From Bdellovibrionota bacterium (GTDB lineage: Bacteria > Bdellovibrionota_C > UBA2361 > CAKMMH01), in contig JBMNLI010000017.1 of the NCBI GenBank assembly GCA_050952645.1, positions 192,001-256,000 on the forward strand: a stretch of DNA of 64,000 nt, written 5' to 3'. Positions 29,580 to 41,759 of the stretch are shown one piece after another (positions within the stretch are counted from its first letter, which is position 1; each line of letters opens with the position of its first letter). The notes below the pieces were generated by a model. It was not told the origin of the DNA. It searched no databases and saw only the letters and a program-made list of their open reading frames with translations. Both the position numbers and the translations under genes were made by a program.

Positions 29580-31061
29580 CTAAAACGGAATGATTTGAAC
29601 TGCCGTAGAGCGACGGTCATCACTTCCTTCTACGTTTATTGCACGTGTGCAAACTGCTATATCCCCTACTTCAGGTTTTAAAATCTCTCTAACTCTATCT
29701 ACTGCCACTTTTAGCGGAACTGGTGAGCCTTCCTCTAGTGTATCTATAAAAACTGGTTGCACACCAAAGAGCAAACACATTTGTCTTAACGTTAATTTAG
29801 TCGCAGTAACTCCAAATAAAGTTTGTGCTGGCCTATATTTAGCGATTAGCCTAGTAGTTCTTCCCGTATCTGAAGAAACGATAAGCGCCTTAGCTTGTAC
29901 TTTATCGGCAGCGGCGCAAGCAGCATATGCGATTGAATCTTGAACGGCCTCTCTTTCTTCATTCTCTATTTTTTCTAAATATCCTTCTTCACTTAAATAA
30001 GGCTCAATCTCTAATGCAACTTTTCTTAAATATCCTACCGCCTCTTCTGGATTATTTCCGATAGCGGTTTCCTCAGAAAGCATCACTGCATCTGCACCGT
30101 CAAAAATAGCGTTAGCAACGTCCGTCACCTCAGCTCTAGTAGGTCTAATATTAGTTACCATTGAATGAAGCATTTGAGTAGCAACTATTACAGGTTTTCC
30201 TAGTATGTTAGCTTTTGCGATAAGTTCTTTTTGAACTACGGGCAATCTTTCCATAGGGATTTCAACCCCAAGGTCGCCACGAGCTACCATAATGCCATCC
30301 GTTACTTCTAAAATTTCATCTATCTTTTTTAAAGATGTTTTACATTCAATCTTAGAAATTACTTTTAATTTTGAGTTTTTAGATTTTATATAATCCTTTA
30401 TTCTCTTAACATCCTCAGGAGTTTGAACGAATGAAAGAGCTACATAATCAAAATTTCTTTCTAATCCCCATTTTAAATCTTCTATATCTTTTTCAGTAGT
30501 TGCAGGAAGTGGAATTACATTATCAGGGAAAATTATTCCTACTCTACTTCTTAATTTACCACCTCTAGTAACTACGCAAGATACAACGCCATCTACTACA
30601 TCCACAACCTCTAGCTCTATAATACCATCTGCTAAAAGCACCCTATTGGTTTTTTGTAAAACTAACGATGGATCGAAAACGCCAACGTATAAAGTATCTA
30701 CCGAACTTTTCTCCGTTTTACTATGTTTAATTTGAATTTTATGGCCATTTTTTAACTCTGGGAACTCTTCTCCATCTAACTCGGTAATTCTTATTTTTGG
30801 GCCCGATAAATCTTGGAGCACGGCCACTGGAACTTTTAGCCTTTCACTTACGTTTCTAACTCTTTCTAAAAGAGCGCCATGTTCTTCATAAGAACCGTGC
30901 GAAAAATTTTGTCTAAATACGTTAACTCCAGCTTTGATAAGCTTTTCAATCATTTCTTCGCTACTAGATGCTGGCCCTAAAGTCGCAACAATCTTAGTTT
31001 TCCTAAACACTTGCTCGTTTGAACACGAACAACAATCACAATCAGCTTTACATTCCGTCAT
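29580..31061 (-). CDS. pyk: Pyruvate kinase
   Basis: RKTKIVATLGPAS, NFSHG, GIMVARGDLGVE, ATQML, DAVMLS. Confidence 0.97.
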   Translation of the reverse strand: MTECKADCDCCSCSNEQVFRKTKIVATLGPASSSEEMIEKLIKAGVNVFRQNFSHGSYEEHGALLERVRNVSERLKVPVAVLQDLSGPKIRITELDGEEFPELKNGHKIQIKHSKTEKSSVDTLYVGVFDPSLVLQKTNRVLLADGIIELEVVDVVDGVVSCVVTRGGKLRSRVGIIFPDNVIPLPATTEKDIEDLKWGLERNFDYVALSFVQTPEDVKRIKDYIKSKNSKLKVISKIECKTSLKKIDEILEVTDGIMVARGDLGVEIPMERLPVVQKELIAKANILGKPVIVATQMLHSMVTNIRPTRAEVTDVANAIFDGADAVMLSEETAIGNNPEEAVGYLRKVALEIEPYLSEEGYLEKIENEEREAVQDSIAYAACAAADKVQAKALIVSSDTGRTTRLIAKYRPAQTLFGVTATKLTLRQMCLLFGVQPVFIDTLEEGSPVPLKVAVDRVREILKPEVGDIAVCTRAINVEGSDDRRSTAVQIIPF

Positions 31062-31527
31062 AAATGCACCTTTCTCCTTTTATTTGATTATAATTATAAA
31101 TTTATATTCACAATATATATTACGCACATACATATCATAAATGTATTATGCGTATATAATGTTTAAAAAACGTTATACATATATAACTTTATACACATAT
31201 ATATATGATGCTAAAAAATTTAAGATGATTTTGTAAAATATCTTCTTTCTTTTTTATCTTTTATTTTTAAATTACCAAAATTTAATTATAATTTTTAAAA
31301 CAACTAAAAAATTATACTCCGATAATATTATTTTTAAAGATAAAAAGTTTAAGGCTATAAATAACACCATTTAAGCTTTTTAAAATCAACTAGTTAGATA
31401 AGGGTTTTAGAAAAAAATATTTTTTTAGATAAAACTATAAAACTAGTAAGTAAATTAACTAATAAGAAGATCAACTAATAAATAGATTAACTAATAATAG
31501 CTAATAAAAAGATTAATAATAAAAAGA

Positions 31528-33978
31528 TTAATGAGTAGATAAAGAGACACCCTCATCTTTTTCAGGATAGTTTATTTTTCCATCATTATTATCATCTTCA
31601 TATAAAAATTTATCTCTTATTTCTCTTTCTTCTTGTAATTTCTCAAAAGCCTCTTTGCTATCTATACGCAAAGCCTCAAAAAGTGCCTCATCGGCATGAG
31701 AGATAGGCACTAACTCTAAATCTTTTCTTACAGTAGCTGGTATTTCTTCTATATTCTGCTCATTTTCTTTAGGAAAAAGTATCTTTTTAATTCCCCCCCT
31801 ATGAGCTGCTAGTGCTTTTTCTTTTAAACCACCAATAGCAAGGATATTTCCTCTAAGTGTAATCTCACCAGTCATCGCTACATTTTTATCTACTGGAATT
31901 CCCGTTAATGCAGAAACGATAGTAGTAGCGATAGTTACGCCCGCAGATGGACCATCTTTAGGGATCGCCCCTTCAGGAACATGCACATGGAGGTCTATTT
32001 TATCATAAAAATATTTCGGAAGCCCTAGCATTTCAGCTTTAGAACGAACGTAGCTTAGAGCTGCCTTTGCAGACTCTTGCATCACATCTCCTAATTTTCC
32101 TGTAATTAACAAACGTCCTTTTCCAGGCAAAACCGTAGTTTCAATCGCAAGGAGTTCTCCGCCTCTTTCAGTCCAAGCAAGCCCAGTGGTCATTCCCGTT
32201 TGGTGTTGTTCTTCATGTTTTCCGTAGCTATAAATAGGTTGCCCTAAATATTTATTTATATTTTCAGCCGATACTACTACTTTATGTTTTTTATTATTTT
32301 CTACTACCTCCATAGCGGCCTTTCTACAAAGCGCAGCTATGGCTCTTTCTAAACTTCTAACTCCAGCCTCTTTCGTGTATCGCCTAATAATTTCTACGTA
32401 AGCAGAATCTTCTATAGTAATATTTTCAGGTTTTAAACCGTTTTGTTCTAACTCTTTTTTGTATAAATATTTTTTAGCGATAACTAGTTTTTCAAGCTCA
32501 GTATAACCTGATAAGCTTAATATTTCCATTCTATCCATTAAAGGTTCTGGGATTTGATGGAGTGCATTCGCCGTGCAAACGAACATCACATTCGTTAGGT
32601 CGTATTCACAATCTAAATAGTGATCACTAAAATTAACATTTTGCTCAGGGTCTAAAACCTCTAAAAGTGCAGCCGATGGGTCGCCTCTAAAGTCTGCCGA
32701 CATTTTATCTATTTCATCTAACAAAAATACTGGATTACTTTTCTTAGCTTTTTTTATAGATTGTATTATTTTCCCTGGCATCGCTCCGATGTAAGTTCTT
32801 CTATGTCCTCTAATTTCTGCCTCATCTCTTACACCACCTAAGGAAATACGCACAAACTCTCTATTAACGGCTCTTGCTATTGAGCGTCCTATCGATGTTT
32901 TACCAACCCCTGGAGGTCCTACTAGACACAAGATTGGTCCTTTTATTTTTCCTACTAATTTTTGAACTGCTAAATATTCTAAAATTCTTTCTTTTACTTT
33001 TTCTAAGCCATAATGTTCTTCTTCTAATACATCCCTTGCATGATCCATATCTATATCATCTACAGATATTTCATTCCAAGGAAGAGATAGCATCCAATCT
33101 ACGTAATTTCTTACGACCGTTGCTTCTGCCGACATAGGAGACATCATCTTTAATTTTCTTATTTCTTTTTCAGTTTTTTCACGAGCCTCATCTGGCATAT
33201 CTTTTTCTTTAAGCTTATCTTCAAGTTCTTGAACCTCGTTTCTAAAATCATCTTTATCTCCGAGTTCTTTTTGGATAGCACGCATTTGCTCATTTAAGTA
33301 ATACTCTTTTTGCGTCTTTTCCATTTGTTTTTTTACTCTATTTCGTATTCTTTTTTCTACTTGCAATATTTCTATTTCAGATTTCATAAAATCTAAAACT
33401 TTTTCGAGTCTTTCTTTTGGATCTACAGTTTCTAAGAGCGATTGCCTATCTTCAGGCTTTATATTTAATTGAATGCCGATAGTATCTGCAAGTTTAGAAG
33501 GGTCTTCTATATTTTTAACTTGCATTATCATTTCAGGACTTACTTTTTTCCCAAGATTAACGTAATTTTCAAACGATACATTTACGGAACGCATCAACGC
33601 CTTTAATTCAGTCGTAGTTTCAAACTCTGCACTTAACTCTTCTACATCTACGAGCATACAATCTTCATTATCGTGATGTTTTAATATTCTAGCTCTAGCT
33701 TTTCCTTCGATTAAAACTTTTATTGGGCCATCTGCAAGTCTAATTAGTTGAACGACTTCACCTAAAGTGCCAATCTCAAAAATATCTTCTTGAGTTGGTG
33801 AGCTAGTTCTTGCATCTTTTTGAGCAGCTAGCATTATTAGCTTTCCTTGATTTTGTGCTTCTTCTATGGCTCTAACGCTCTTTTCTCGCCCTACAAATAG
33901 TGGCACTACTTGAGCAGGAAAAACTGCTGGTTCTCTTAATGCTAACAACGGAAGAGGATTCTCAATTTTTAATTTCAT
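31528..33978 (-). CDS. lon: Lon protease
   Basis: [35 protein letters not shown]. Confidence 0.98.
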   Translation of the reverse strand: MKLKIENPLPLLALREPAVFPAQVVPLFVGREKSVRAIEEAQNQGKLIMLAAQKDARTSSPTQEDIFEIGTLGEVVQLIRLADGPIKVLIEGKARARILKHHDNEDCMLVDVEELSAEFETTTELKALMRSVNVSFENYVNLGKKVSPEMIMQVKNIEDPSKLADTIGIQLNIKPEDRQSLLETVDPKERLEKVLDFMKSEIEILQVEKRIRNRVKKQMEKTQKEYYLNEQMRAIQKELGDKDDFRNEVQELEDKLKEKDMPDEAREKTEKEIRKLKMMSPMSAEATVVRNYVDWMLSLPWNEISVDDIDMDHARDVLEEEHYGLEKVKERILEYLAVQKLVGKIKGPILCLVGPPGVGKTSIGRSIARAVNREFVRISLGGVRDEAEIRGHRRTYIGAMPGKIIQSIKKAKKSNPVFLLDEIDKMSADFRGDPSAALLEVLDPEQNVNFSDHYLDCEYDLTNVMFVCTANALHQIPEPLMDRMEILSLSGYTELEKLVIAKKYLYKKELEQNGLKPENITIEDSAYVEIIRRYTKEAGVRSLERAIAALCRKAAMEVVENNKKHKVVVSAENINKYLGQPIYSYGKHEEQHQTGMTTGLAWTERGGELLAIETTVLPGKGRLLITGKLGDVMQESAKAALSYVRSKAEMLGLPKYFYDKIDLHVHVPEGAIPKDGPSAGVTIATTIVSALTGIPVDKNVAMTGEITLRGNILAIGGLKEKALAAHRGGIKKILFPKENEQNIEEIPATVRKDLELVPISHADEALFEALRIDSKEAFEKLQEEREIRDKFLYEDDNNDGKINYPEKDEGVSLSTH

Positions 33979-34134
33979 GAAATAACCTTACCTAATAAAA
34001 AAATATTTTCACTTTCACTATAATGAACAAATCGGAAAGTTTCAAATATTTATTAATACTTATTTTTAAATTTCTCTTTATTTATTTTTCTTTTAATTTA
34101 TTTATTTCTCTTTATTATTAATTATTACATTATA

Positions 34135-34212
34135 TCTAATTCATAGTATCTCTAATTCATAGTATCACAAATCATAGTATCACAAATCATAGTATCACAA
34201 ATTATAGTATCA
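34135..34212. repeat. Tandem repeat, about 5 copies of 15-16 bp (core ATAGTATC)
   Basis: TCTAATTCATAGTATC x2, then ACAAATCATAGTATC-type x3, in the lon/birA divergent intergenic region. Confidence 0.85.
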
Positions 34213-34528
34213 TTTTATACACTTAAAGATATATACATATATTATATAATATATAAACGTATAAGCATATAACATATAATAATAGATAATATGTAATATA
34301 TTACTAATATATAATAACTATTGCATAAAAATTCAAATAAAAATTTTTCTATATGCTTTTTTTATTAAATAAATTTATTTAACAAAATACATTTTTTAAG
34401 ATGACTTTTAAAACTAAGATGGTTGCTTTTTTTATTATTTTTATTATTTTAATAAAGTCTTTTAAAAATAAGTGCTTACGCTTTTTTAAAACAAACATTT
34501 TAAGAATATTTAAATATACCTTAATATT

Positions 34529-35260
34529 ATGGGAAAATATAACATCATTACATTTGATTTATTAGACTCTACTAACACTTATGCGCTACAAAACATAGAT
34601 GCGCTAGAGGATAGAACGTTAATTTTAGCTAACTCTCAAACTAAGGGGCGTGGAAAATTTCAAAGAGGCTGGGAATCTCAAAACACGAAAAATATTTACG
34701 CTTCATTAGTCTTAAAACCGAAAAATAATTTAGATTCCAAATTCTTTTTTGGCAATATCACGCAATTTTTATCGGTTATTATTTGCGATATATTAAAGCA
34801 ATATGGAGTTCTCCCAGAAATTAAATGGCCTAATGATATTTTAATATCTGATAAAAAAATATGTGGTATTCTTACTGAAAAAAGCACTAAAAATGCTGGG
34901 GTAGTCGTTGGCTTTGGAATAAATTTAGAACTTAAAAAAGAAGAGGCAGAAAAAATTTCTAGGAAAGCTACGTCGCTAAGTGCTGAATTAAAAGCTAAAA
35001 AAGATATCAATAAAATATCTTTTTTAAACTTACTATTAGATGCTTTTTTTATGGAATACGACTCATTTTTATTAAATGGTTTTGATTTTTTTAAAGAAAG
35101 GTATATTAAATATTCTAATTTTTTAGGAAAGGAAATTCTTATAAATAATTTTGATACTAGCATTAAAGGTATAGCTAAGAGCATTAACGATGATGGAACG
35201 CTAACTATTGAAAATGAAAACAAAAAAGAAATTAAAATTATAGCAGGAGAGATTGCATAA
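34529..35260 (+). CDS. birA: Biotin-protein ligase (no N-terminal HTH)
   Basis: DSTN, QTKGRGK, IKWPNDI, KICGILTE, GFGIN. Confidence 0.93.
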   Translation: MGKYNIITFDLLDSTNTYALQNIDALEDRTLILANSQTKGRGKFQRGWESQNTKNIYASLVLKPKNNLDSKFFFGNITQFLSVIICDILKQYGVLPEIKWPNDILISDKKICGILTEKSTKNAGVVVGFGINLELKKEEAEKISRKATSLSAELKAKKDINKISFLNLLLDAFFMEYDSFLLNGFDFFKERYIKYSNFLGKEILINNFDTSIKGIAKSINDDGTLTIENENKKEIKIIAGEIA

Positions 35261-35575
35261 AAAGCGTGATGCTTTAAAATTAAAACTAGCAAAAATATAA
35301 AATTTCAATAAAAATCTTTTAAAAAACTCTTCAAAAAAAAAATTATAGGAAAAATCAAAAGAAAATCCTCAATAAAATCAATATGTTATAAATATTTGTA
35401 AGATTTTACAAAGATCTTACAAGGTTATTACAAATCTATGACAACTCGTTTTTAAAAATAAGCTAAAACATTATCTAAATTTTTTTTGCACTATGTGTTT
35501 TACGTAAATATCGAAGTGAAATACTAAGGCAAAATATTAAAACAAAATATTAATCATATAGGAGATAAAAATAAA

Positions 35576-36244
35576 ATGGAAAATGTTTTAGTAAATAATA
35601 TTGAAAATGAAACTGTATCTTTAACCGACTTAGAGTTAATAACACTTTTGAAGCGAGAAAAAAACCAGGATGCTTTTCAGGAGATCATTAATAGGTATGC
35701 TGAAAAAATTTTTACGCTTTCATTTAGGATTACTAGAAATAAGGAAGATGCTGAAGAAGCTTTGCAAGATACGCTTATTGCGGTTTATACAAAAATAGAT
35801 TCTTTTAAAGAAGAATCTACTTTTTCTAGTTGGCTTTATAGAGTTACTAGCAATGCTGCGTTTATGGTTATTAGAAAAAGGAAAAAGACTGAGGCTATTT
35901 CGCTAACTGATACTGAGGATTTTACTACTTCGCAAATAATTACAAAAAATAATTATGAAGATATAAATTATTTAAGCACTAAGCATGAGCTTCAAGAAAA
36001 ATTAGAGTTAGCGCTTCTTAAACTTCCTAAGGATTACAGAGAGATATTTATAATGCGTGATGTAGATAAGATTTCTAATAAGAAGATTGCGCAAAAGTTT
36101 AATTTAAGTATTCCTGCTACTAAGGCTAAAATTCATCGTGCTCGACTTTTGCTTAGAAAGGAACTTAAAAACTATTATGAAGATTATACTACTAGTAAAG
36201 AGTTTATTAAAACTCCGAAAGAGTGTATCGATTTTGCTATGTAG
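35576..36244 (+). CDS. ECF sigma factor
   Basis: DAEEALQD, FSSWLYRV, KAKIHRARLLLR. Confidence 0.92.
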   Translation: MENVLVNNIENETVSLTDLELITLLKREKNQDAFQEIINRYAEKIFTLSFRITRNKEDAEEALQDTLIAVYTKIDSFKEESTFSSWLYRVTSNAAFMVIRKRKKTEAISLTDTEDFTTSQIITKNNYEDINYLSTKHELQEKLELALLKLPKDYREIFIMRDVDKISNKKIAQKFNLSIPATKAKIHRARLLLRKELKNYYEDYTTSKEFIKTPKECIDFAM

Positions 36245-36401
36245 ATATATCTAAATATGCTATGCAAAGCTTTTTAGTGGTAAAAAAACAAGAAGATAAA
36301 GGAAGATAAAAAAAGCAAAAAGGCAAGAAAACAAAAAATCTGAAGAAGAAATAAGCAGAAAACAAAAAGACAGAAAACAAATAGATAAAAAACAAATAGA
36401 T

Positions 36402-36456
36402 AAAAAAAGAGCGTAGGGGAAAACCTGAAGTGTCTCCCCTATTAAAGCTCTTTTTT
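36402..36456. terminator. Bidirectional terminator between convergent genes
   Basis: AAAAAAAGAGCGTAGGGGA...TCCCCTATTAAAGCTCTTTTTT. Confidence 0.75.
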
Positions 36457-36644
36457 AAGCTAGCGCATTTAGTTTTTCTTTTACGCTAGGGGTCTATTGT
36501 TTAAAAACCATTTTGCTAGTTCATAGTTGCTTGTGATTTTTAGTTTGCAAATTTTAACAAGCTGTAAATAAAGATAGAGTGCATTAAAAACTCTATTTTG
36601 CAGCATCTTTTTTACTTCAAGCTTTATTAGTTTTTTTAAAGCTT

Positions 36645-37295
36645 TTAGTAAAACTGTATGCCGTCAATGGTGATTTCGCATACTAGAACTATTCCATTAC
36701 CTTTTTTATTAAGCTTATCTTTAAGCGTGCTCAAAATCGCTTCTTGCTCTGCGAGAACATCTTTAGCGTCGTAGTTTTGGAAAACCTCACTAACTAAAGG
36801 CTCTAAAGTAGTCTGCAAGTAGTTGTTGATAAGAGTGTTTTTCTTATTTGACTTTGCTTGTTTAGAGTTAAGTTTAGGGTAAAGTTTAGATGGGTCTTCC
36901 GTCAAAATTTCATAATTTACCAAGAAATTAGCACCGACGTCACTTCCATCTTTAGTTTTAATATTAAAACTTTTTCTAGCCATTCCTTGCCTATCTTGAC
37001 GCATCACCCTTTCCCATGGCTTTCTAGGCTTTGGCTCTTTGTACCAAATGTTTGAAACGATGCCACCCTTAGCGATTACTACTCCATACCTATTACTCTC
37101 TAATGGGTCAATGTAAAAAGTAGAAGTGACGTTTAAGAAAACACCCACGATATACAAAACGAGAATTGCTTTTAACAATACGATGACAGGTTCTTTTGTG
37201 TGAAACAGGCGAACAGAATCTAGCTTTTTAAAAAAAGAGATAGCTAGTAATCCTAAAGCCACTACGGCATATATTGTGCAAATGGTAAAAATCAT
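36645..37295 (-). CDS. Membrane protein with an SPFH/Band-7-like domain
   Basis: Two N-terminal TMs; IKTKDGSDVGANFLVNYEI, VSEVFQNYDA...VLAEQ, GIVLVCEITI; GAAAGGGG RBS before ATG 37295. Confidence 0.55.
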   Translation of the reverse strand: MIFTICTIYAVVALGLLAISFFKKLDSVRLFHTKEPVIVLLKAILVLYIVGVFLNVTSTFYIDPLESNRYGVVIAKGGIVSNIWYKEPKPRKPWERVMRQDRQGMARKSFNIKTKDGSDVGANFLVNYEILTEDPSKLYPKLNSKQAKSNKKNTLINNYLQTTLEPLVSEVFQNYDAKDVLAEQEAILSTLKDKLNKKGNGIVLVCEITIDGIQFY

Positions 37296-37581
37296 TGTTA
37301 TTTTCCCCTTTCTATCAAGCAAAATATTTTCGCCTTAAAAAGAGTTATTGAAATTTAGAACTTGCTTTTAAAATCACAAACGCTTGTGTATTATAACAAG
37401 TTAAACAAAAAAACCGTCTTATTACTTTATTTTTTACTATTTATCTTCTACCCTTTCTTATTTCATAAAAAAAGCTCTAAGACGAGAGTGAATTTAGCCT
37501 AACTTAAGTTCTTACTCAACTTTTTTTCTAGCAAAGCTCGTCTCCTCTAATGCTTTAGCTCCGTAGTATTAAAAACTAGCC

Positions 37582-38553
37582 TTAAACTACTTTCTCTAAA
37601 AACTCTAAGAACTCTTTGTAAGTATTTATATTCATGGCTTTTACTCTAAGGTCGCTTGCTCCATCAAAGCCTGAAAAATAAGTTTTATAAAATCTTTTCA
37701 TTACTCTAAAATCTTTTTCTTCTTGCCAAAAATCATTAAACATTTTTCCATGTTTTTTTAAAATTTCCACCTTGTCTTTTAATGGCATCTTTAAAAAATA
37801 ATCCTTAGGAACATTCTTAAAAATATACGGATTAGTAATCGCTCCACGCCCTATCATAATTCCATCTACCTTAGAATATTCTTGTTTTTTAATACCATCT
37901 TCAAAAGATACGACATCGCCATTTCCAATTATTACTATATCTTTATTTATAATATTTTTTAGCTCTACAAACTTTTTTATTTCATCCCAATTAGCTTTAC
38001 TAGCAAACGTTGAACGAACAGTTCTTCCGTGAATGGTTATAGCATTTGGATTTAATAAAAACAAAAACTCTCCCCATTTTTCGGTATCATACTTTCTATA
38101 ACCTAATCTTGTTTTTATACTTATTGGTAAAACATCTTTTACCGCTTCCTTAGTAGCTAAAAAAATTTCTTTTACTAAAGTAGGATTATTGACTAACGCA
38201 CCACAAGCATTATTTTTTAATACTTTAGGAACTGAACAACCTATATTGATATCTATTCCATCGAAACCTAACTCTAAAACATCTTTAGCTACTTTATAAT
38301 AATTCAAAGGATTATTTCCCCAAAGCTGCGCTACTATCGGCTTTTCCTGTTTTTTATATTTAAGCCTATGAATCACCCCATCTTTTCCTCTCGAGCAAAG
38401 CCCATCAGTATTTACAAACTCAGTAAAAAGCACATCTGGGCACGAAAGCTCCTTTACTAAATTTCTAAACACCGTATCCGTTACGCTCTCCATGGGGGCT
38501 AGCGCAAAAAATGGCACTTTTAAATCTTTCCAAAAGTTTTTTTTACTATTCAT
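37582..38553 (-). CDS. tRNA-dihydrouridine synthase
   Basis: LAPME, IDINIGC, TIHGRT, GNGDV, GIMIGRGA. Confidence 0.93.
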   Translation of the reverse strand: MNSKKNFWKDLKVPFFALAPMESVTDTVFRNLVKELSCPDVLFTEFVNTDGLCSRGKDGVIHRLKYKKQEKPIVAQLWGNNPLNYYKVAKDVLELGFDGIDINIGCSVPKVLKNNACGALVNNPTLVKEIFLATKEAVKDVLPISIKTRLGYRKYDTEKWGEFLFLLNPNAITIHGRTVRSTFASKANWDEIKKFVELKNIINKDIVIIGNGDVVSFEDGIKKQEYSKVDGIMIGRGAITNPYIFKNVPKDYFLKMPLKDKVEILKKHGKMFNDFWQEEKDFRVMKRFYKTYFSGFDGASDLRVKAMNINTYKEFLEFLEKVV

Positions 38554-38685
38554 ATTTAAGTTAATTGTTTAAGTTAATTATCAAGACTAATTATCTATAC
38601 TAAATTATCTATATTATTATTAACAGAGCAAATTATTAAAAATATACTATCAATAAGCATTGCTTATGCGCTACTAACAAAAATT

Positions 38686-38925
38686 AGTTCTTCACGTTTT
38701 AAGTGGGGTAGGAAAAAAATTGTTTCTTTAATTAGCTTAAAAGAAAATTGGCTTTGATAGAAAACTAGCTATAAATTAAAAAAAAATGACAACTATATTA
38801 AAAGTCAATTTTCTTTTGGCCCCCGTGGTGAGTGATACTAATCTTTTAGAGTTTAAAATCACTTTGAAACGTGAGGAACGTTTTTAGTTCTTCACGTTTT
38901 AAGTGCGGTGGAAAAAAATGTTTCT
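38686..38925. mobile_element. MITE subfamily A copy (38686-38880) plus an adjacent partial end (38886 to about 38925)
   Basis: AGTTCTTCACGTTTTAAGTGGG...GAAACGTGAGGAAC, followed by a second AGTTCTTCACGTTTTAAGTG. Confidence 0.8.
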
Positions 38926-38944
38926 TTACTACGTTTAAATTTTT

Positions 38945-40366
38945 CTACCTTAAATCTTTTGCAATATTTTCTAGTAGTGGCGGTCTTAATAAAATATTTC
39001 TTGCTTCTAACGCCTGCGCGGCAAGAGATGGGAACACTCCTTCAAGTCTAGATATTTGATTTAAATGATCGGCGGTTTGAGAAATAAGTCTTGAAGCATC
39101 CCCTTCAGCTACTCCTGCAAGCCTAAGTATCGATGCAAACGATGACCAATCTTGCGAATCCATCCAAGTAGTTACAGTAATAGCAGCAGACGGCTGCACT
39201 ACTACCTCATCTCTATTCTTATTTTCATACGCTAATTTTACGTACTCTACAATTCTCGTCATCTCATCAAAATACTGTTTCTTTATAAGATTCTTTTTAA
39301 TATTTATATACGACCTATAAGAATCTCCAGCAATGCTAGCTACAAGCCCGACTAGTTCATAAGCATCTAAATCTTCAAAAAGTCCACTATCGATAGCCTC
39401 AGCGAGTTCTAAAACCAAACTCGTGCAAAGTTCTGCCGCCCAATGTCCTTTAGGAGTTAATTTTTTATCTTTTATATGTCCTAAACTTTCTAGAACTCTA
39501 ACCGTATTTTCTAATTGTAAAGATTGCCTATTTTTTAGGAGTTCCACTTCTCTTTGTCTTCTATTTATCTTCTTTCTAAATTTTTTAGCAACTTCAGTTT
39601 GAAGTGTATCTTTCTTTTCTTCATACTCTCTTTGTAATTCCTTTAGCTCCTCTTGAAGTTTGCTAGCTTCTTTTCTATCTAGAAAACCAGCAAAACTTTT
39701 TTCTACTAAAAATCTTAAATCTTCAACGGAACGAAATTTTAATAGATTAAGAACCGTTGATGGTGCTGCAAAATAAGCAGACCTTAAAGGCTCTACGGGT
39801 TTTTTTATAATATCACTTACCACTCTTGCATCTGAAAAAAGCCCTGGCGCTACTAAACAAATTCCCACCGAATCTTTTCCACGTCTTCCAGCTCGACCAG
39901 ACATTTGCTGAAACTCAGACGAGGTTAAAATTTTAAATCCATCTGCCCCTCTTTTGCTATGAGCAGTAATCACAGTCGTTCTTGCAGGAAAATCTACCCC
40001 TGCTGCCACAGTGCCAGTTGCTATCATAAGCCTAAGAACTCCTCTTACCATAAGTTCTTCTAAGAGCAATCTCCAAAGCAAAAGTTGCCCAGCGTGATGC
40101 GCCCCAGCCCCAGTTTTTATTAGTGCTTCATATTGAAGATGCCCAAAGATAACCTCTCTTTCCATGGAATATTTTTCAACAATCTTTTCAACCTCTGCTT
40201 TCAGCACTTCTTGTTCGTCTAGCGGAAGTTCAGCGCTAGGTCTTATTGAAAGTTTTTCTATATCATCATCACACTGTCTTCTCGATGTTCTAAATAATAA
40301 TGCTGGAAGTAAATTGTCTTTTTTTAATTGCATCAACATTGTATATACTGGATATTCACTTATCAT
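38945..40366 (-). CDS. Ski2/HelY-like helicase, C-terminal half (RecA2 plus C-terminal domain)
   Basis: LPALLFRTSRRQC, GAHHAG, ATGTVAAGVDFPARTT, EFQQMSGRAGRRGKD. Confidence 0.88.
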   Translation of the reverse strand: MISEYPVYTMLMQLKKDNLLPALLFRTSRRQCDDDIEKLSIRPSAELPLDEQEVLKAEVEKIVEKYSMEREVIFGHLQYEALIKTGAGAHHAGQLLLWRLLLEELMVRGVLRLMIATGTVAAGVDFPARTTVITAHSKRGADGFKILTSSEFQQMSGRAGRRGKDSVGICLVAPGLFSDARVVSDIIKKPVEPLRSAYFAAPSTVLNLLKFRSVEDLRFLVEKSFAGFLDRKEASKLQEELKELQREYEEKKDTLQTEVAKKFRKKINRRQREVELLKNRQSLQLENTVRVLESLGHIKDKKLTPKGHWAAELCTSLVLELAEAIDSGLFEDLDAYELVGLVASIAGDSYRSYINIKKNLIKKQYFDEMTRIVEYVKLAYENKNRDEVVVQPSAAITVTTWMDSQDWSSFASILRLAGVAEGDASRLISQTADHLNQISRLEGVFPSLAAQALEARNILLRPPLLENIAKDLR

Positions 40367-40525
40367 TTTACTAATTTCACCTTTTTTTATATTGCTATTA
40401 TATTACTTTATATATTACTTTAATTTATTTTTTAATTTATTCTCTACATTTTAAGATAGTTAAAACTATCTAACACATACATTTTCCCATATGCATAAAG
40501 CGTTAAAAACCCTAAAAGTTTACCT

Positions 40526-41544
40526 TTAGCGTCCTTTTATACGGCTCTTTCTCTGTTTTCCGCTTTGCGTTCCTTTTCCTTTAAAATTACTTTTAGTTCT
40601 TCTAGATGTTTTTCCTTTTCTTCGCCACCCCTCATCTCCTTTATAAGCCTTTCTAAATGAGATTCTCGTAAACTTCATTCCACTAGAATCAAGTCCTGCC
40701 TTGCCATAATAATCTAAAACATCCTTACAAACATTTCCCTTTTTATCATTTAAAGGTATAGGGCCAAAATCAGGATGTAAAAACCCATATCTTAACTCTA
40801 CAGGTCTATCATACTTATAAACTACATTACACTCTTTGCCTCTAACCTCTTTTAACCAAGCGGCTATCTCATCTGCATTTGAAATCGATGCAGAAAGCAT
40901 TAAAAGCGCCGCTTCTTTTGCACTCAAAATTATACTCTCTTCCCAAACGGCACCTCTTTGAGGGTCTGCAATATAATGAACTTCATCAAAAACTACTAAA
41001 GAATATCTTTCTTCGACTTTATATAACTCATTTCTATAAATTTCAGTCGTTGCGATTAAAATATTTGCATCAGTATCTATTTTTCTATCGCCAGTTAAAA
41101 TACCTACTTTAAATTTAGGCTCAAATATTTTTTAAACTCATTATATTTAGTATTAGAAAGTGCCTTTAAAGGCGTCGTGTAAATAGAACGCCCTCCTTGT
41201 TCGGCATTAGCTTTTATCGCCTCTAGAGCGATAAAAGTTTTTCCTGCTCCCGTCGGGGCTACTACGAGCGTATCATTTCCAAGGACTACGGATTCTATGG
41301 CTTCTTTTTGAAAATCATCTATAACAAATTCCGTATTTTCAGGAACTCCTATACCAGATAAAAACTCTTTTTTCTCTTTACTTATCCTTACCCCTCTACT
41401 ATCACCACCATTACTATTGCTACTTCTCTTCTCGATACTGTTCTTATTGCCGTTCTTATTACCATTCTTATTATTGTCATTATTCTTTTCCTTATTATTA
41501 TCCTTATTCCTATTATTTTTTTTATTATTATTTTTATAACTCAT
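40526..41544 (-). CDS. Ski2/HelY-like DEVH helicase, N-terminal half (one frameshift near 41130)
   Basis: APTGAGKT, PLKALSN; after the shift ILTGDRKI, ATTEIYRN, FDEVHY, WEESII, MLSASISN, RPVEL. Confidence 0.85.
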
Positions 41545-41759
41545 ATAAAATTTCCTTAAATCTTTTTTAAAAACTAACCTTTCTTTTAATTTATTTTATT
41601 TAAAATTTATTTTTTAAAACTTTAAAGCTCTTAATATTTTAATCTAATCTTAATTTAGAGAGCAAAAATTCTCTTTAGTATTTACACAACCGCTCTTTAA
41701 ATCCTTTAAAAAAATATCACCTTTAGACATACCTTAAAACGTCAAAGAACCTAAAAATT

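Noticed and set aside
34135..34212. CRISPR-like repeat
   Set aside because: Contiguous 15-16 bp units with no unique spacers
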